A stretch of DNA of 64,000 nt from IMG/VR virus record IMGVR_UViG_3300042301_003793; one strand, given 5' to 3'. A model generated the notes under the pieces. That model did not search any database. It saw only the letters and a list, made by a program, of their open reading frames with translations, and was not told the origin of the DNA. Positions 28,401 to 37,733 of the stretch are shown one piece after another. The translations under genes were made by a program, and so were the position numbers. The number at the start of each line of letters is the position of its first letter. The stretch's first letter is position 1. The stretch is from a virus.

Positions 28401-29873
28401 TGTATTTGTTAAAGTCAAATTGCCGGCAGTAAATGTACCACCAGTCAAATATGTGTCTGTGTATCCAGTTGTGAAACCAGAAATTTGTACTGTATTTCCA
28501 GATGTGTTTATAAATGTTACAACACCAGTATTTGCGTTATATGTTCCACCTGTTAAACCTAAGTCAGTTGCTAGAACACCAAGATTTATTGTATCACTAA
28601 AACCATCATTTCTTCCAATAGTTAAATCAAAACTATTTGTATCAAATGTTACACCGGTAAAATATTTATCTTCTAAACCAGATATAGAAACATTTGTTCC
28701 GTTTTTCATTTCTAAAGTAAGACCACCAGCATTATAATTAAATGTACCACCAGTCACAAAATTGTCTCCTGTAACAAATCCACCTTGAACCACGTTACTA
28801 CCATTACTATTAATTAATGTTAAAACACCTGTAACATTATCTAATGTTGACGCACTTAAAAATATATCATTATCACCACCAATTACAACATTACCATTAG
28901 CATCTATTCCTAAATTATTAACAGATGTTGTAGTACCAATTGAATCGATATTTAATTTTGGTACATAAACAGTATCAGCTGATGTTCCTGTTAAGCCAGC
29001 ACCACCAAGGATAACCGACCTTGTACCAGTTAGTACATTTCCATTTCCACCAATAGTTGCGGAGTAATTCCCACTAACTTTATTTAATTGACCATTCCCA
29101 ACAAAAGAATTTACACCTCTTGCAATGTTATTATCACCACCAACTATTGTTGATCCTGACATCGCGGTGTTATTATCACCACCAAGAATGTTAGATTTTA
29201 AATTTATTGCTGTGTTGCAGTATCCCCCACCAACAATTGTGTAATCTGACATGGCAGAATTTAAAACACCACCAACAACAATTGCTGATTTTCCATTTGC
29301 AACGTTTTCACAACCACCATTTATGTTAGCAAATGTTCCGTTAAGATTATTACCAAAACCACCAACAATTGAAGAGTAGCTCCCGTTCAAATTATTTAAT
29401 CTACCATTCCCAATAAAAGTGTCGCACCCAATTGCTATATTATTATCCCCACCAACAATACTACTACTACAACATGCTGTGTTATTGTCTCCACCAAGAA
29501 CAATAGATTTCAAACCAATTGCCGTGTTATAATAACCACCACCAATAATTGTATAATCTGATTGTGCTGTATTAAATGCACCACCATTAACAATCGATGA
29601 TTTACCATTTGCAAAGTTACTACATCCACCACCAATATTACTTAGTAATCCGTTAGAACGGTTAAGGTAACCACCATTTATACTTGAATAACTTCCGTTT
29701 GCCGTATTTCCTCTACCACCGGCAATTGTTGAGTATCCGGTATTTCCACTTGTCGTGTTTGCTCTACCCCCAGAAACGGTAGAATAAAGAGCTGAAGCAG
29801 AATTTGTTTGCCCACTCCTAACTGTTGTTGTTAATCCACCTACTGGATCTGTAATAATAACATAATTTGACAT
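25437..29873 (-). CDS. Fibre-like virion protein 3 (1478 aa) with GGxxN and xVTGGTY repeats
   Basis: Three GGxxN repeat blocks alternating with YVTGGTY beta-repeat blocks; N-terminus similar to fibre 2. Confidence 0.7.
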   Translation of the reverse strand: MSNYVIITDPVGGLTTTVRSGQTNSASALYSTVSGGRANTTSGNTGYSTIAGGRGNTANGSYSSINGGYLNRSNGLLSNIGGGCSNFANGKSSIVNGGAFNTAQSDYTIIGGGYYNTAIGLKSIVLGGDNNTACCSSSIVGGDNNIAIGCDTFIGNGRLNNLNGSYSSIVGGFGNNLNGTFANINGGCENVANGKSAIVVGGVLNSAMSDYTIVGGGYCNTAINLKSNILGGDNNTAMSGSTIVGGDNNIARGVNSFVGNGQLNKVSGNYSATIGGNGNVLTGTRSVILGGAGLTGTSADTVYVPKLNIDSIGTTTSVNNLGIDANGNVVIGGDNDIFLSASTLDNVTGVLTLINSNGSNVVQGGFVTGDNFVTGGTFNYNAGGLTLEMKNGTNVSISGLEDKYFTGVTFDTNSFDLTIGRNDGFSDTINLGVLATDLGLTGGTYNANTGVVTFINTSGNTVQISGFTTGYTDTYLTGGTFTAGNLTLTNTDGSSVLVTGFTSIDTYVTGGTYDNSTGSATFENNQGGSFVVTGFTTGATDYFTTGFTFDQSTYALTVELNNYSAYTVNLGILAGDLRVTGGTYDLNSGTATFTNNSGGTFSVTGFLTGYTDTYVTGGFYTPSTSTLTIQQQNGTVDISGIEDAVIVGGNGFSSSVRKNSGNNANGQYSTVFGVNNNANGFASTIGGGCQNQANNNSDVVAGGFVNIASGNYSFVGGGFANNNFGYMGVINGGAVNQLNGSFSTINGGCNNQTFSNYTAIGGGRSNKTCNLSDTVAGGCCNTGCGGSIAIGGGFGNKAYGFASVIGGGYCNETYNFQSSVGGGLYNSAVGNRSNVGGGSFNTSFGINNTISGGYRNTASGYRSTIGGGRCNTALNFESSILGGLRNTATGNNSVIAGGVENRAQATQSMILGGCQNVVTGNRSAVIGGQNITGTTNDTVYVPQLNIQTVGATTPVSTLGVDASGNVVSVVSQTDYFLTGLTFDNSSFILTASVNDGNDLQVNLGVLATDLGLTGGTYDANTGVVTFVNTSGNTVQISGFTTGYTDTYLTGATKVGDTLTLTNTDGSQVTATGFTDYFVTGSTLTSGNDNTNVQTSTLEYNLTPNGGPFTIVTENTYVTGGTYDNVLSQITFDRNDGNSFNVDLATLIDSDKYLTGGTYNPTIGELVLSQSNGATDVSILGFQTQNTFVTGGTYSNGTLTLGQNNGTNVTVPGFQSNDFFVTGGTYNNANGLITLNRQNGVATVSGLPAGLTSIPTQIVVAGTGSLSTLRTGSANIASGPCSVVLGSTNTAASTVAGILGGISNSISATGYASTIGGGAFNCLIQSYSTIGGGQSNCVLQSHSSIVGGRLNTNNSCCSTIGGGESNIIGTNVPWSTIKGGCGNNISNLASYSSAVGRANTVCLSDSHVLGCNITTDQCFTTFVNNFTVNGGGISSPNTCSRVTLKSLPTETEVTALPSGTVYRCTTSASGGGTQLWVKL
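26725..28586. repeat. Internal ~146-bp near-identical duplication in fibre 3 (26725-26870 and 28441-28586)
   Basis: Both copies encode LGVLATDLGLTGGTYxANTGVVTFxNTSGNTVQISGFTTGYTDTYLTG. Confidence 0.85.
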
Positions 29874-29953
29874 TATTTATTTTTTTTTCGTTTATTTTAT
29901 TTTTTAATAAATATTAAGAATTATACAAAGTATTGTTTTTTATATAAAAAAAA

Positions 29954-32818
29954 TTAAGAACCAACTTCTGTTGCAAGACAAATTTCTCCATTTTCTCTAA
30001 TAAGTCTAGTCATATCGTTAAAAGATATATAAGCATGACCACCAAGACCCCAAGATTTTCCCCAACTATTTTTAATTCTAAAAACTTTTTTATTTAAGTC
30101 CACACCATTTATAAGATAAGCGTGACCACCAACAAATCTACCAGTTAATCTTATGTTTCCATTTCTATCTGGAAAAAACATTCCATTATACCAATTTGTA
30201 CCAACTACAACAGGACCAACCTTTAATACTGTATTTACAAGTGTTGATAAATCAAATGCCCAATAATAAGATTTTACTTTACCAATTTGTTGTAAATATT
30301 TTACAGCACCCCTAACTGATGTACCATTATAATTTTCACCTGGCCATTGGTCTAATTTTTGTGCATTAAAATAAATTGTACTTGGATGTACAACTGGTGG
30401 TTTGCCGGACTGTTGAACCGGTCCATCTTCCAACCAATGTGACCAGGAATACCCAACACATTGTGGTAGTGCTCCTTGATTACCCCACCATCCATTTGCG
30501 TCCCAAAATCTTTGTGTTAATATTTGTGGTTTTGTTGAGATTGACTGTATTAATTTTTGATTATTTTTAATTAGGTAATTTAAATCTCTTTTGTCTTCAA
30601 CATAAATTCTTCCTAATTCAAAAGGTAATGTTGATGCACTTGATGGTGTTATTTCAGTTTCACCACTTATTGTATATGTAAAATCATTTGTTAAACAAAT
30701 TTCTGTATCACAATCTGGACAGAAAGGATTAAACAATCTAAATTTATCTTTTAGTATATTAAAGTTGTGTCTTATTTCAGAAGAATCTAAAGGTTGTACA
30801 TACATCCTAAATTGTGAAATACCCCCTTCAAACGTACCACCAAATTCTTTTTCCAATAATATATTTGTTGTAAGACCAGACAATGATGTACCAGATAAAA
30901 CAGATGTTGGGAACAACTCTGGGTCCTGTATAAAATCACTACTTAAATTTTCACAAGTTGATGGTACTAAATTTTCGTGAAGTCCTTGTGTACCACCACC
31001 CCAAGAAATGTTAAATGGAACCCCAACTTGTTTTTCTTTGTCTGTCGGTAATGCCCTTGGGATTAGTTCTTCAAAATCTTTTATTGTGTATATTAATTTA
31101 CCATTAACATAAATTAGTAATTTACCTTTTCTATATTTTTCATCTAATAACCAACTATCATTTAACTTAACAGTTTCTATTTGTTCAGATTCTTTTTTAC
31201 CGTTTGAATATGGTGGAGCAATTAAAGTAAAACTATTGTTTGCTAAACTTTCAAGGTATTCTTTTTTTGTAATATCTCCTAGACCACCAAACCACCATAA
31301 GTCACAGTTATCTAAATTTGTATATCGTTTCCAGACAACATCTAATAAAAACCAATGTTCTTGTTCTATAAATGCTGGATTTTGTTGTTCACAATAAGAA
31401 TATATTGGTGGTGTACACCATTCTTGGATTGTATAACCGGTAACAAATGTTGTTCCAGTTCCAGTTACTGTATTTCCAGTTGTAATACATTCACCAGTAA
31501 ATCTTAAAACTTTTATACCTATACCTGGATTTTGTGGGTCACCACATAATTTGAATGAGATGTTATTCGACATTGAATCGAGTAGCGGGTCTTTTTCGCA
31601 AGTATCCTCTACGGATGTAAACCCAGAAGTAGGACAATCCAAACAATCAAGACAAGTATCACAAGTTGTACAAGTCGGTGTACATTCAGGAAGTGGTGTA
31701 TCACAACTTGGTGTAGGACTAGGAAGTGGTGTAGGTGTTGGTGTTGGTTGTATTACATCACCACAATAGTGTGTCTGACATTCCCAACCACAAGTTTCAC
31801 AAGCAAATTGATTACAACCACAACCACACGTTGCTGCACTCATAGGATTACCTTTACAAGAACCACAACCATAATTTATATGTGGGTCGTGAATACCATT
31901 TAACGAACGTGGTGGATAAAGATATATACACCTACTATTTGTAATATTTAAATTACAACAAGCACAAGTCTGTAAACAATTTGCAAGCGGTGTTGTAACT
32001 CTTGTATAACCAGTAAAACATCTTGGTGTTCCGTCAGCATAGTGATAAAACTTATTTTCAGCTCTAGTTCCCCAATAGAAAAAAGTATTTTTATTATTTG
32101 GATATAATCCGTTTAGTGTTGTTTCACCAGAACTTGGTAAGTATTCATTACACAATCTTGGTTTTAAAAGTAACTCAACACTCCATCCTTTGTTCATTCT
32201 TTCTGGGAAAATATCATAGTCAAAACCAAACAATTTATAAAATCCTTGATAAAAACCACCATATAATTCGTGATAAACACCTTCTGTTGCCCCAGTCTTA
32301 CTGATGACTTCATATAATGTCTGAGCACTAAACGCCTCAAACCTATTTAAATTTGTTGTATGCCCCGTAACTTGAAAAAGTTTAAGTCTTCTATCGTAAT
32401 ACATTCTATCAAACTTAACTCCGTCCTCAAATATACCATTTGTAAAATATATTGTTTGACCACTCATTGTATCGACTAATCCATTATCAATACCGGTAAA
32501 TCCAATATCACAAGAAGTTGATGCAGTAAAAAAACAAAAATTAGAATTTTCTGGGTTATAATAATTTTGTGAAACAAAAATGTTGTTTTTATTATAATTT
32601 TTATATTTTAAATTAAGTTTTTGTGCTGTTAATGAATCGTTTATATCAAAATAAAACGGAAGCTTGTTACCGTAGGTTTGTGCTATAATATATGGTGAAA
32701 ATATAACTTCTTCTTTATAGTCCCTTTCATCCGAAGCTAGGGACATATCCATACTATCAGATACTAAACCTATATTGATTTTTTTATAAACATATTGATT
32801 AATATTCTGTTGTGACAT
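29954..32818 (-). CDS. Putative structural protein with LamG-like region, Cys-rich/PT linker and C-terminal papain-like (C1) cysteine peptidase (start probably 32818)
   Basis: NQGALPQCVGYS (Gln/Cys), GGHAYLING (His), IKNSWGKSWG (Asn); LLIYVNG and FEGGISQFRMY resemble LamG. Confidence 0.7.
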   Translation of the reverse strand: MSQQNINQYVYKKINIGLVSDSMDMSLASDERDYKEEVIFSPYIIAQTYGNKLPFYFDINDSLTAQKLNLKYKNYNKNNIFVSQNYYNPENSNFCFFTASTSCDIGFTGIDNGLVDTMSGQTIYFTNGIFEDGVKFDRMYYDRRLKLFQVTGHTTNLNRFEAFSAQTLYEVISKTGATEGVYHELYGGFYQGFYKLFGFDYDIFPERMNKGWSVELLLKPRLCNEYLPSSGETTLNGLYPNNKNTFFYWGTRAENKFYHYADGTPRCFTGYTRVTTPLANCLQTCACCNLNITNSRCIYLYPPRSLNGIHDPHINYGCGSCKGNPMSAATCGCGCNQFACETCGWECQTHYCGDVIQPTPTPTPLPSPTPSCDTPLPECTPTCTTCDTCLDCLDCPTSGFTSVEDTCEKDPLLDSMSNNISFKLCGDPQNPGIGIKVLRFTGECITTGNTVTGTGTTFVTGYTIQEWCTPPIYSYCEQQNPAFIEQEHWFLLDVVWKRYTNLDNCDLWWFGGLGDITKKEYLESLANNSFTLIAPPYSNGKKESEQIETVKLNDSWLLDEKYRKGKLLIYVNGKLIYTIKDFEELIPRALPTDKEKQVGVPFNISWGGGTQGLHENLVPSTCENLSSDFIQDPELFPTSVLSGTSLSGLTTNILLEKEFGGTFEGGISQFRMYVQPLDSSEIRHNFNILKDKFRLFNPFCPDCDTEICLTNDFTYTISGETEITPSSASTLPFELGRIYVEDKRDLNYLIKNNQKLIQSISTKPQILTQRFWDANGWWGNQGALPQCVGYSWSHWLEDGPVQQSGKPPVVHPSTIYFNAQKLDQWPGENYNGTSVRGAVKYLQQIGKVKSYYWAFDLSTLVNTVLKVGPVVVGTNWYNGMFFPDRNGNIRLTGRFVGGHAYLINGVDLNKKVFRIKNSWGKSWGLGGHAYISFNDMTRLIRENGEICLATEVGS

Positions 32819-32870
32819 CTTTTTTATTAATAAATACAACAATTCAAAGTATTTATATTAAAACTATTTT

Positions 32871-33986
32871 ATGATTGAGCTGAATAAAGAATATTTTAAA
32901 AAACCTTATTATTTCTTTTTGAAAGACAAAGGGAGTAAAATTTCATTATATTATTCGGTTTCTAGTACATTAAACGAAGCCAAAGAAAAAGATGAAAAAA
33001 TTGATATACCTAAAACACAAGAAAAAAAAGTTAAAAATCTTGTTGGTAATATTCTTAAGAGCAACAAAACTTTTAGTGCGGCAAGCATTAAAAACGCTTT
33101 TAAAAAGATGCTGGATAACACGAAAAAAGAAGTAGGCGAAACAAAACTTCTTGCTAAGATTTTAGCTAAAGCCTTAAATTCTTATGTAAAAGAAGGTGAA
33201 TTAAATTTAGATGAAGACGATATTGTTTTTATAAAATCACAATCAAAAGACATATTAAAAATTTTACCTCTAGTTGTTTTTCAAATTGTACCTGGTTCAA
33301 CTATAGCAACACCATTTATTGTTGCGTTAGCGGAAAAAATTGGTATAAAATTAACCAGTAAAGTTCCAGAAAAATATAAAAAAGATTCAAAAAAAGAAGG
33401 TGGTGAAATAGATGAATTAGTTGATGCCGATGGTAGTATGTCTAGTTCTAATATTCCAATTTTAGACCAAGGACAACATACACAATGGACACAAGATATG
33501 AGGGCTGGTTTAAATAGAATGGCTAATGGTAACTTTCCGTTTAAAGCTAGAATTTATTTTGGTGAGTCAGAAGAAAAACAAGAACCGTTGGAAGAAGAAG
33601 ATTTTTCTGATGCTTATGGGTATGAAGAAATTGACGATGATAATATAAAAACATTTAAAGGTTGTATTGCTGTTTTTAAAAACTTAGAAATTGCAGACCC
33701 GTTTGAAAGGTATGAAAGATGTATGTCTTTTGGTTTTGATCCAGAACTTGACGAAGAAGGAAAACAAAGAATTGTTGAACTAAGAAAAGAAAAAATGAGA
33801 CATATGATTGATGAACTTTTACTTAATAAAAAGTCAAAAGATAAAGACATCAAAACAAAAGACAGTAATGATGATTCACCAATTAACAAAATTTTAATGC
33901 GCAATTTAGAATCGGTAAAAAAATTAGCAGAAAAAGAAGGAATAAGTTTAGATAAACTAATAAAACATCTTAAAGACGGTGAATAA
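32871..33986 (+). CDS. Hypothetical protein (hydrophobic segment weakly LETM1-like)
   Basis: 371-aa ORF; DILKILPLVVFQIVPGSTIATPF segment; TATTTAT upstream. Confidence 0.55.
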   Translation: MIELNKEYFKKPYYFFLKDKGSKISLYYSVSSTLNEAKEKDEKIDIPKTQEKKVKNLVGNILKSNKTFSAASIKNAFKKMLDNTKKEVGETKLLAKILAKALNSYVKEGELNLDEDDIVFIKSQSKDILKILPLVVFQIVPGSTIATPFIVALAEKIGIKLTSKVPEKYKKDSKKEGGEIDELVDADGSMSSSNIPILDQGQHTQWTQDMRAGLNRMANGNFPFKARIYFGESEEKQEPLEEEDFSDAYGYEEIDDDNIKTFKGCIAVFKNLEIADPFERYERCMSFGFDPELDEEGKQRIVELRKEKMRHMIDELLLNKKSKDKDIKTKDSNDDSPINKILMRNLESVKKLAEKEGISLDKLIKHLKDGE

Positions 33987-34449
33987 AGATTTATATAACC
34001 AAACAATTCATTTACCAAAAGAGATAACTGAATATCTTGAAACTTGTTTTAATCACGTTGGTAATTCTGATGCAAATACCGAAGGGCACAATAGAAATCA
34101 AGAATTAAGAGATACTGGATATGTAACTTATCAACAATTAGGTAGAATTAAAAATTGGTTTGATAATTATAGTGGAGATGGAAAAGACGCGCCATATGTA
34201 TTAAATGGTGCTGATTATATGAGAAGTTGGGTTGATAGGACGCTTGAATCAATGAGAAATGGTGACCAAATGTCTAAACAAATTAGACAAGATTACCACC
34301 CAGAACCAATTGATGATAAATTAGTTGATGATATGGGTTGGTTGGCAGATATGAATAGACCATCAAAAGAACATAGTAAGTTCCAAGATGATATTAAAAT
34401 AACAGAAAACCTTAAAAGGATAAACGAAATAATGAAAAAACTACTTTAA
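33979..34449 (+). CDS. Hypothetical protein
   Basis: 156-aa ORF, overlapping operon arrangement. Confidence 0.65.
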   Translation: MNKDLYNQTIHLPKEITEYLETCFNHVGNSDANTEGHNRNQELRDTGYVTYQQLGRIKNWFDNYSGDGKDAPYVLNGADYMRSWVDRTLESMRNGDQMSKQIRQDYHPEPIDDKLVDDMGWLADMNRPSKEHSKFQDDIKITENLKRINEIMKKLL

Positions 34450-34736
34450 TGGCAACAAGTGAAAGATTAGATTTTAGTCAACCAATGAATGATCTTGGTA
34501 TGATTGGTGAAGACCAAAGAAAAAAGTTAATCCCAAAAAATGATTATAAACCAACAAATTCTTATTCGGCAACTAATAAAGATGCAATTTCCGATGGTGA
34601 TGAATTTGGTAAAGGTACTGGAACATTTTTGGATACCGCTAACGGTGGGTCATCCACAGACGTGTTTGAAAGAATTAATGAAATAAAAATTAATGAATAT
34701 CAAAAGGACAAACCATACACGACACCAACAGCTTAA
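34449..34736 (+). CDS. Hypothetical protein
   Basis: 95-aa ORF, TAATG coupling on both sides. Confidence 0.65.
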   Translation: MATSERLDFSQPMNDLGMIGEDQRKKLIPKNDYKPTNSYSATNKDAISDGDEFGKGTGTFLDTANGGSSTDVFERINEIKINEYQKDKPYTTPTA

Positions 34737-35116
34737 TGAAACTTTACAATGTATATAATAACCTTATTGTTGAAGTAGCTTCTATAAATAGTATTGTAGA
34801 TGCTATTAAGAAACGTCAACGAGTTATTGTTTACTATGATGGTGACGAACCAGGTGGAAAAGGATTAAGAATTATAGAACCTGTTTGTTATGGTTATAGT
34901 AAGGCTGGAAATCCAGTTTTACGAGCTTGGGATTTGGAAGGTGCGTCACATAGAGCTTACTTAGGTAAAAAACCATTACCAAGTTGGCGATTGTTTAGGG
35001 TTGATAAAATAATTACATTTAAACCAACAACCGAAACTTTTAACGAACCAAGACCAAATTATAATCCGGCTGGAGATAAAAGTATGACGAGGATAATAAT
35101 AAACGCAGTATTTTAA
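34736..35116 (+). CDS. Stand-alone WYL-like domain protein
   Basis: IIEPVCYG..LRAW..WRLFRVDKI pattern. Confidence 0.65.
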   Translation: MKLYNVYNNLIVEVASINSIVDAIKKRQRVIVYYDGDEPGGKGLRIIEPVCYGYSKAGNPVLRAWDLEGASHRAYLGKKPLPSWRLFRVDKIITFKPTTETFNEPRPNYNPAGDKSMTRIIINAVF

Positions 35117-35121
35117 ATAAA

Positions 35122-35709
35122 ATGAAATCAGAACAAGATTTAATAAATAAACTTATGATTTCCAAAAAAATAATGGAAAAACATAATGAAATTGGCAGAG
35201 GGTCAGTAACCCAACCAACAAGTTTTAACACACCACAAGTTGACGAGTTCCAACCAGTGAGTGGAAATTACAATATTCCACAAGAATTTTTATCGGAAAA
35301 TGAAGTAAAAATGCAAAGTAATGTTTCGCAAGGATCATCAGAAGAAAGAATTAAAAATTCAAAACTACCTGACGAAATAAAAAGACTTATGTTAGAACAT
35401 CCCATTGAACAACCAACATCTTATAACGGTAGTGCAACATTATCTAATGAACTTGTTGAGAAAGCATCAAGATTAATGGGTACAAATCAAACACAAAAAT
35501 CTGTAGCACCACAAAAAACACAAACAGTTAACGTTTCAATAAATTATGATGAGGTTAGAAATATAGTAAGAGAGACTGTTGAAGATGTGTTAAAAGAAAA
35601 CGGACTTCTTGTTGAATCAACAACTAGGTCTAACGAAGCTTTTAAATTTAGAGTTGGTAATCACATATTTGAAGGTAAGGTAACTAATATTAAAAAGATA
35701 AGTAAGTAA
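35122..35709 (+). CDS. Hypothetical protein
   Basis: 195-aa ORF followed by terminator. Confidence 0.65.
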   Translation: MKSEQDLINKLMISKKIMEKHNEIGRGSVTQPTSFNTPQVDEFQPVSGNYNIPQEFLSENEVKMQSNVSQGSSEERIKNSKLPDEIKRLMLEHPIEQPTSYNGSATLSNELVEKASRLMGTNQTQKSVAPQKTQTVNVSINYDEVRNIVRETVEDVLKENGLLVESTTRSNEAFKFRVGNHIFEGKVTNIKKISK

Positions 35710-35730
35710 TTAATTTTTGCGTATCATCAG

Positions 35731-35760
35731 ACCTCAACATAATTGTTGGGGTTTTTTGTT
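35731..35760 (+). terminator. Intrinsic terminator
   Basis: ACCTCAACA-TAAT-TGTTGGGGT followed by TTTTTGTT. Confidence 0.7.
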
Positions 35761-35766
35761 TTATAG

Positions 35767-35795
35767 TTGATATTTTAATTAAATATGGGTATATT
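35767..35795 (+). promoter_or_regulatory. Possible sigma70-like promoter for the large glycosylation operon
   Basis: TTGATA (35767-35772), 17 nt, TATATT (35790-35795), immediately after the terminator. Confidence 0.45.
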
Positions 35796-35814
35796 TTTTC
35801 TTATAAAATTAATT

Positions 35815-37029
35815 ATGGAAAAGATAAATGTACTAGTACTCCCTAGTGACCAATCAGGAGTAGGAAAATTCAGATCAGTTGACCCCCACGTTAAATTACA
35901 AAATATGTATCCAGATGATTTCCATGTGGATATTGACTACGAACCAAAAATAAATGATATAAATTACTGGAAAAAATACCAAATTGTACATTTTCATAGA
36001 AGTATCGGGACTGATTATGATAACTGCCCTAACATAATAAAAATGTTACAATCAATGGGTATTGTTGTTGTTGCTGATATTGATGATTATTGGTTACCAA
36101 CAAAAGAACATCCGATTCATCAGTTGATTATTCAAAACAAATTACACGAAAAGATAACAACAAATCTTAAAGCGGCTGATTGTGTTATTACAACAACAGA
36201 ACTTTTTGCAAATGAGATAAAAAAATACAATAAAAATGTAATTGTATTACCAAATGCTGTTGACCCAGCTGACCCACAATTTAATGAACCAACACCAACG
36301 TCTGATAAAATTAGAATTGGTTGGCTAGGTGGTTCTTCACACTTACACGATTTAAAATTACTTGATGGTATGGTTTCTAAACTTTCACCATTCCAAGATA
36401 AATTACAATATTATGTTTGTGGTTTTGATATTCGTGGTACTGTAACAGAAATTAACCAACAAACAGGACAAAAAACACAAAGATCAATAAAACCAGAAGA
36501 AACTGTTTGGGTTAAATACGAACAAATTTTTACAGACAATTACAAAATTATTACACCAAAGTACAAAGATTATTTAGATACATTTACAGAAAATGATTAT
36601 CCTGGTGTTTTAGATGAAAACTATGTTAGAGTTTGGACAAGACCTGTCACAAGTTATGCAAAAAACTATTCTAAATTTGATATTTCTTTAGCACCAATTA
36701 AAAACCATATCTTTAACCGAATGAAGTCTCAACTTAAAGTTATTGAGGCTGGGTTTTATAAAAAAGCATTAATTGCATCAAATGTTGGTCCCTACACGAT
36801 TGATTTAAAACATGCACTTAAGAATGGACAATTTACAGATGGAAACGCATTACTTGTAAATGAAAATAATAATCACAGTGATTGGGCAAAAAATATTAAA
36901 AAGTTAGTTGAAAATCCTAATATGATTACAGATCTTGGTGAAAGATTGTATGAAACAGTAAAGGATAGATACGACTTAAATAAAGTTACAGAAACAAGAG
37001 CACAATTTTACAAATCTTTAATTAAATAA
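35815..37029 (+). CDS. GT-B (GT4-like) glycosyltransferase (start probably 35815)
   Basis: DIDDYW, RIGWLGGSSHLHDL, FDISLAPI..FNRMKSQLKVIEAG..ALIAS. Confidence 0.75.
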   Translation: MEKINVLVLPSDQSGVGKFRSVDPHVKLQNMYPDDFHVDIDYEPKINDINYWKKYQIVHFHRSIGTDYDNCPNIIKMLQSMGIVVVADIDDYWLPTKEHPIHQLIIQNKLHEKITTNLKAADCVITTTELFANEIKKYNKNVIVLPNAVDPADPQFNEPTPTSDKIRIGWLGGSSHLHDLKLLDGMVSKLSPFQDKLQYYVCGFDIRGTVTEINQQTGQKTQRSIKPEETVWVKYEQIFTDNYKIITPKYKDYLDTFTENDYPGVLDENYVRVWTRPVTSYAKNYSKFDISLAPIKNHIFNRMKSQLKVIEAGFYKKALIASNVGPYTIDLKHALKNGQFTDGNALLVNENNNHSDWAKNIKKLVENPNMITDLGERLYETVKDRYDLNKVTETRAQFYKSLIK

Positions 37030-37031
37030 AA

Positions 37032-37733
37032 ATGATTAATATTCCAATAACAAAAATTTTATTTCTAGATATTGAAACTGTTGGTGGTTGTCCAGATTTT
37101 GAATCCTGTCAAAAGTTTAGTCCAGAAATTGCGGACCAGTTTAATAAATATTTTGATTGGTTTTTAAAAAGATTTCCAGAAGACAATGGTTTAACAAAAG
37201 ACGAAGTTTTTACAAAAAGAGCGGCACTTGTTCCAGAGTTTGCAAAAATTGTTTGTGTATCTGTTGCATTTGTTTTAGATAACGGCGAAACAAAAAAACA
37301 ATCTTTTTCTGGTGAAGATGAAAAAAAACTATTAAAAGAAGTTAGAACATTACTTGATAGATGTGAAAACCTTGGGTTTTATCTTTGCGGTCATAACTTA
37401 AAGAATTTTGATATTCCGATGCTTGCAAAAAGAATGATTATAAATGGAATCCGCCCCTCAAAAATTCTTCCGTCTTATGATACAAAACCTTGGGAAATAA
37501 AAGCAATTGATACAAAAGAAATTTGGCAGTATGGTTCTTATACATCAATAGGTTCTTTAGATTTATTATGTTCTTGTCTTAATATACCAACACCAAAGGA
37601 CGGTGAAATAACTGGTGCTAATGTACATTCTGCATACTGGGAAGAACAAAAAATAAAAGAAATTACAGAATACTGTGAAAAAGATGTGGAGGTATTAATC
37701 GAAGCAATAATGAAATTAAAAAGTTTAGAATGA
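37032..37733 (+). CDS. DnaQ/PolB-related 3'-5' exonuclease
   Basis: FLDIETV, GHNLKNFDIP, YCEKDV (DEDDy). Confidence 0.8.
   Translation: MINIPITKILFLDIETVGGCPDFESCQKFSPEIADQFNKYFDWFLKRFPEDNGLTKDEVFTKRAALVPEFAKIVCVSVAFVLDNGETKKQSFSGEDEKKLLKEVRTLLDRCENLGFYLCGHNLKNFDIPMLAKRMIINGIRPSKILPSYDTKPWEIKAIDTKEIWQYGSYTSIGSLDLLCSCLNIPTPKDGEITGANVHSAYWEEQKIKEITEYCEKDVEVLIEAIMKLKSLE

Noticed and set aside
9351-28737. Many short His/Gln/Leu-rich or antisense ORFs in the track (e.g. 9686..9892, 17080..17373, 22660..22971, 26317..26649)
   Set aside because: They are shadow frames of Gly/Thr/Pro repeat codons overlapping better-supported genes
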